Origin: Negaprion brevirostris
Lineage: Eukaryota
Direction: 5' to 3'
NCBI GenBank assembly: GCA_030324005.1
Contig: JARDVH010000025.1
Coordinates: forward strand, 45,179,439-45,243,438
DNA: 64,000 nucleotides
Each line of letters starts with the position of its first letter. The stretch's first letter is position 1. The notes under the pieces are model-generated. The model had not been told where the DNA came from. It did not search any database and worked only from the letters and a program-made list of their open reading frames with translations. Made by a program: the position numbers and the translations under genes. Positions 62,270-64,000 of the stretch are shown here, one piece after another.

Positions 62270-63016
62270 AATGACAGATTGTTTACCACCTACCTAGATG
62301 GGTACAGCCACAGCACCACTCAAGAAGCTCAACACCATCCAAGAAAGAATGGTTTATTTGATAAAACTGTATCATTGGGCACAACCTCCATCAACAGTGC
62401 ACTGGGACTACAGTGTGTCCAATTTATCAGCAGCGTTGCTGCAACTCGCCAAGTTTACTTCAGAAGCATCTCCCCTCCCTACAACTTCCACCCAGAAGGA
62501 TAAGAGCAAAATCGCAGGATTTTGCATTACTGCCAAGTGGTCACTACTCCAACTGGTAGACCACCCATCAGGAAGTTGTGAAGGTTCGCAATATGTGCTG
62601 TCTAGTGCACTCAGCTGCTTCTTATTGTCATGTGGAAATTGACATTTGCGTTGGTGAGGAGCATGAGTAGAATTGGTGGTTGCTTTAAATAGTTTTAGAA
62701 TATGACCTAATGCTGCTAAGACCATTTAATTCATCATTTACCCCTATCAACAACAATTTCTATTTACATAGTGCCTTTGACATCCCAAGGCACTTCACAG
62801 GAGCAATGTCAAACAAAATTTGACATGCTAAGATATGTTAAAGAATTAGGTTTTGAAGAGTGGCTTGAAGGAGGATAGAGAGAGAGAGGTAAATGGATAG
62901 ATGCAGTGAGAAAATTTCAGAGCTGAGGTAAGGACTTGTCTTATGAAGAGAGATTGAGTAGTTTAGGCCTACATTCATTGGAGTTTAGACGCGTGAGAGG
63001 AGATCTAATTGAAGTA
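62270..63016. mobile_element. LINE fragments: second CR1/L2-type family (+, 62270-62500), L2 3' end (-, 62745-62890), CR1 (+, 62925-63016)
   Basis: PLKKLNTIQE; caacaacaatttctatttacatagtgccttt; LSYEERLSSLGLHSLEFRRVRGDLIEV. Confidence 0.7.
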
Positions 63017-63861
63017 TGGTCCATCTATGATTAGAGCCACAGAGACCTGTTCCATCTAATGTTTAGAGCCATGACAGGATGCATATGATCTCCTCTAAAG
63101 GACACTGTTTTATACCTTCGCTGTTGGTCATCTAAGCTGTATTGTGCAGTAACTATGAGCTGGACTTGACTTGTAGAGTTACAAAGTGGATGTTGCTTGG
63201 GAAAAGGGATGTTTCAGTGAGTTCAGGAAACATGGATATATTTTTTGAACAAGAGGTAATTTTGGATAAAATAGTGTGATTAGTTCTTCATTTACTTAAG
63301 CTTCATAGTGTATATTTGTCTTTCTTGTCATGTGTATTTCTTTTCTTTCACTTTAATAAATATAATAAATACTTGTTATTAATTATTTGCACAATGATTA
63401 GACCCGTTCCTCACTGGGCTGTACCTTGTTCCTCACATTATTTCAAACAAATATACACCATGAAGAAGCAGTGCTTAAAGATGCCCTTCGGAGTTTTGAA
63501 ACACACATGCAGATAACATCTGCACGGTTCTGAACAAGTTGTAGGTTTAGGAGTTGGAGAGGGGCAAGATTATGGATCTTAATAAACCAGAAATACAATC
63601 ACTCCAACCTTGTTTCCTGCAGTCAATTGCTGGGTTTTGTTCTGGTTGAGAATGTAGAAGTTCTTGAAGGCGTAGGATTGTCCACTGCCTTTCTCAACTC
63701 GATTAGCAAAACAAAAGTTAAATAAATGCTATGTCATTGGTGTGTTTCTGCTGGACTCTCCAAGGGATGATATGTACATTGAGCTGGCTTTTTAGTGCAG
63801 AAATATTAAAAAAGGTCTATTTTTAAAATTGGATGAGGCAGAAAGGCCAATTAGTTTGACA

Positions 63862-63995
63862 GGGCAGGATTTTCTGGCCATGCCAGCCCAAAAGCAGAAA
63901 TTCACGTGCAAAGTAAATAGACCTTTGCATGATCCGCTCCCACCATGCCTACCCGCTATGATTCCCAAGGCAGGCAGGACTGGAAAATTCCTCCC
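63862..63995. mobile_element. MITE
   Basis: TIRs gggcaggattttctgg / ctggaaaattcctccc; same family as 35782-35939. Confidence 0.75.
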
Positions 63996-64000
63996 ACAAT

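Noticed and set aside
63019-63075. Imperfect ~32-bp tandem duplication (tccatcta...ttagagcca)
   Set aside because: Two copies only, next to a CR1 fragment; ordinary slippage or repair scar.

Overview
Vertebrate genomic DNA, very probably from a shark (cartilaginous fish), judged by its repeat content: HE1-type V-SINEs, a Deu-domain SINE and abundant CR1 LINEs. The assembly is gapped, with many N runs next to young repeats. I found no intact protein-coding gene, rRNA, tRNA gene or CRISPR array, so the window reads as a long intron or gene desert. The ORF-track entries with recognisable similarity are decayed transposable elements: CR1, a second CR1/L2-type family, L2, Rex1/Babar, L1 and Tx1 LINEs, Penelope-type termini, a Gypsy pol relic, a gag-protease relic, a solo LTR with an intact 5-bp TSD, and many MITEs. 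The best leads are (i) an L1-CR1 chimeric insertion nested in Rex1, (ii) V-SINE copies whose alternative 3' tail resembles the Rex1 tail, (iii) an inverted integrase duplication inside the Gypsy relic, (iv) two local 130-150 bp duplications, (v) repeat-free, homeodomain-site-rich candidate enhancers and (vi) a few isolated exon candidates. I cannot support a claim of a new biological system. Family names come from recalled motifs, not database searches, and most boundaries are approximate (about 10-30 bp).
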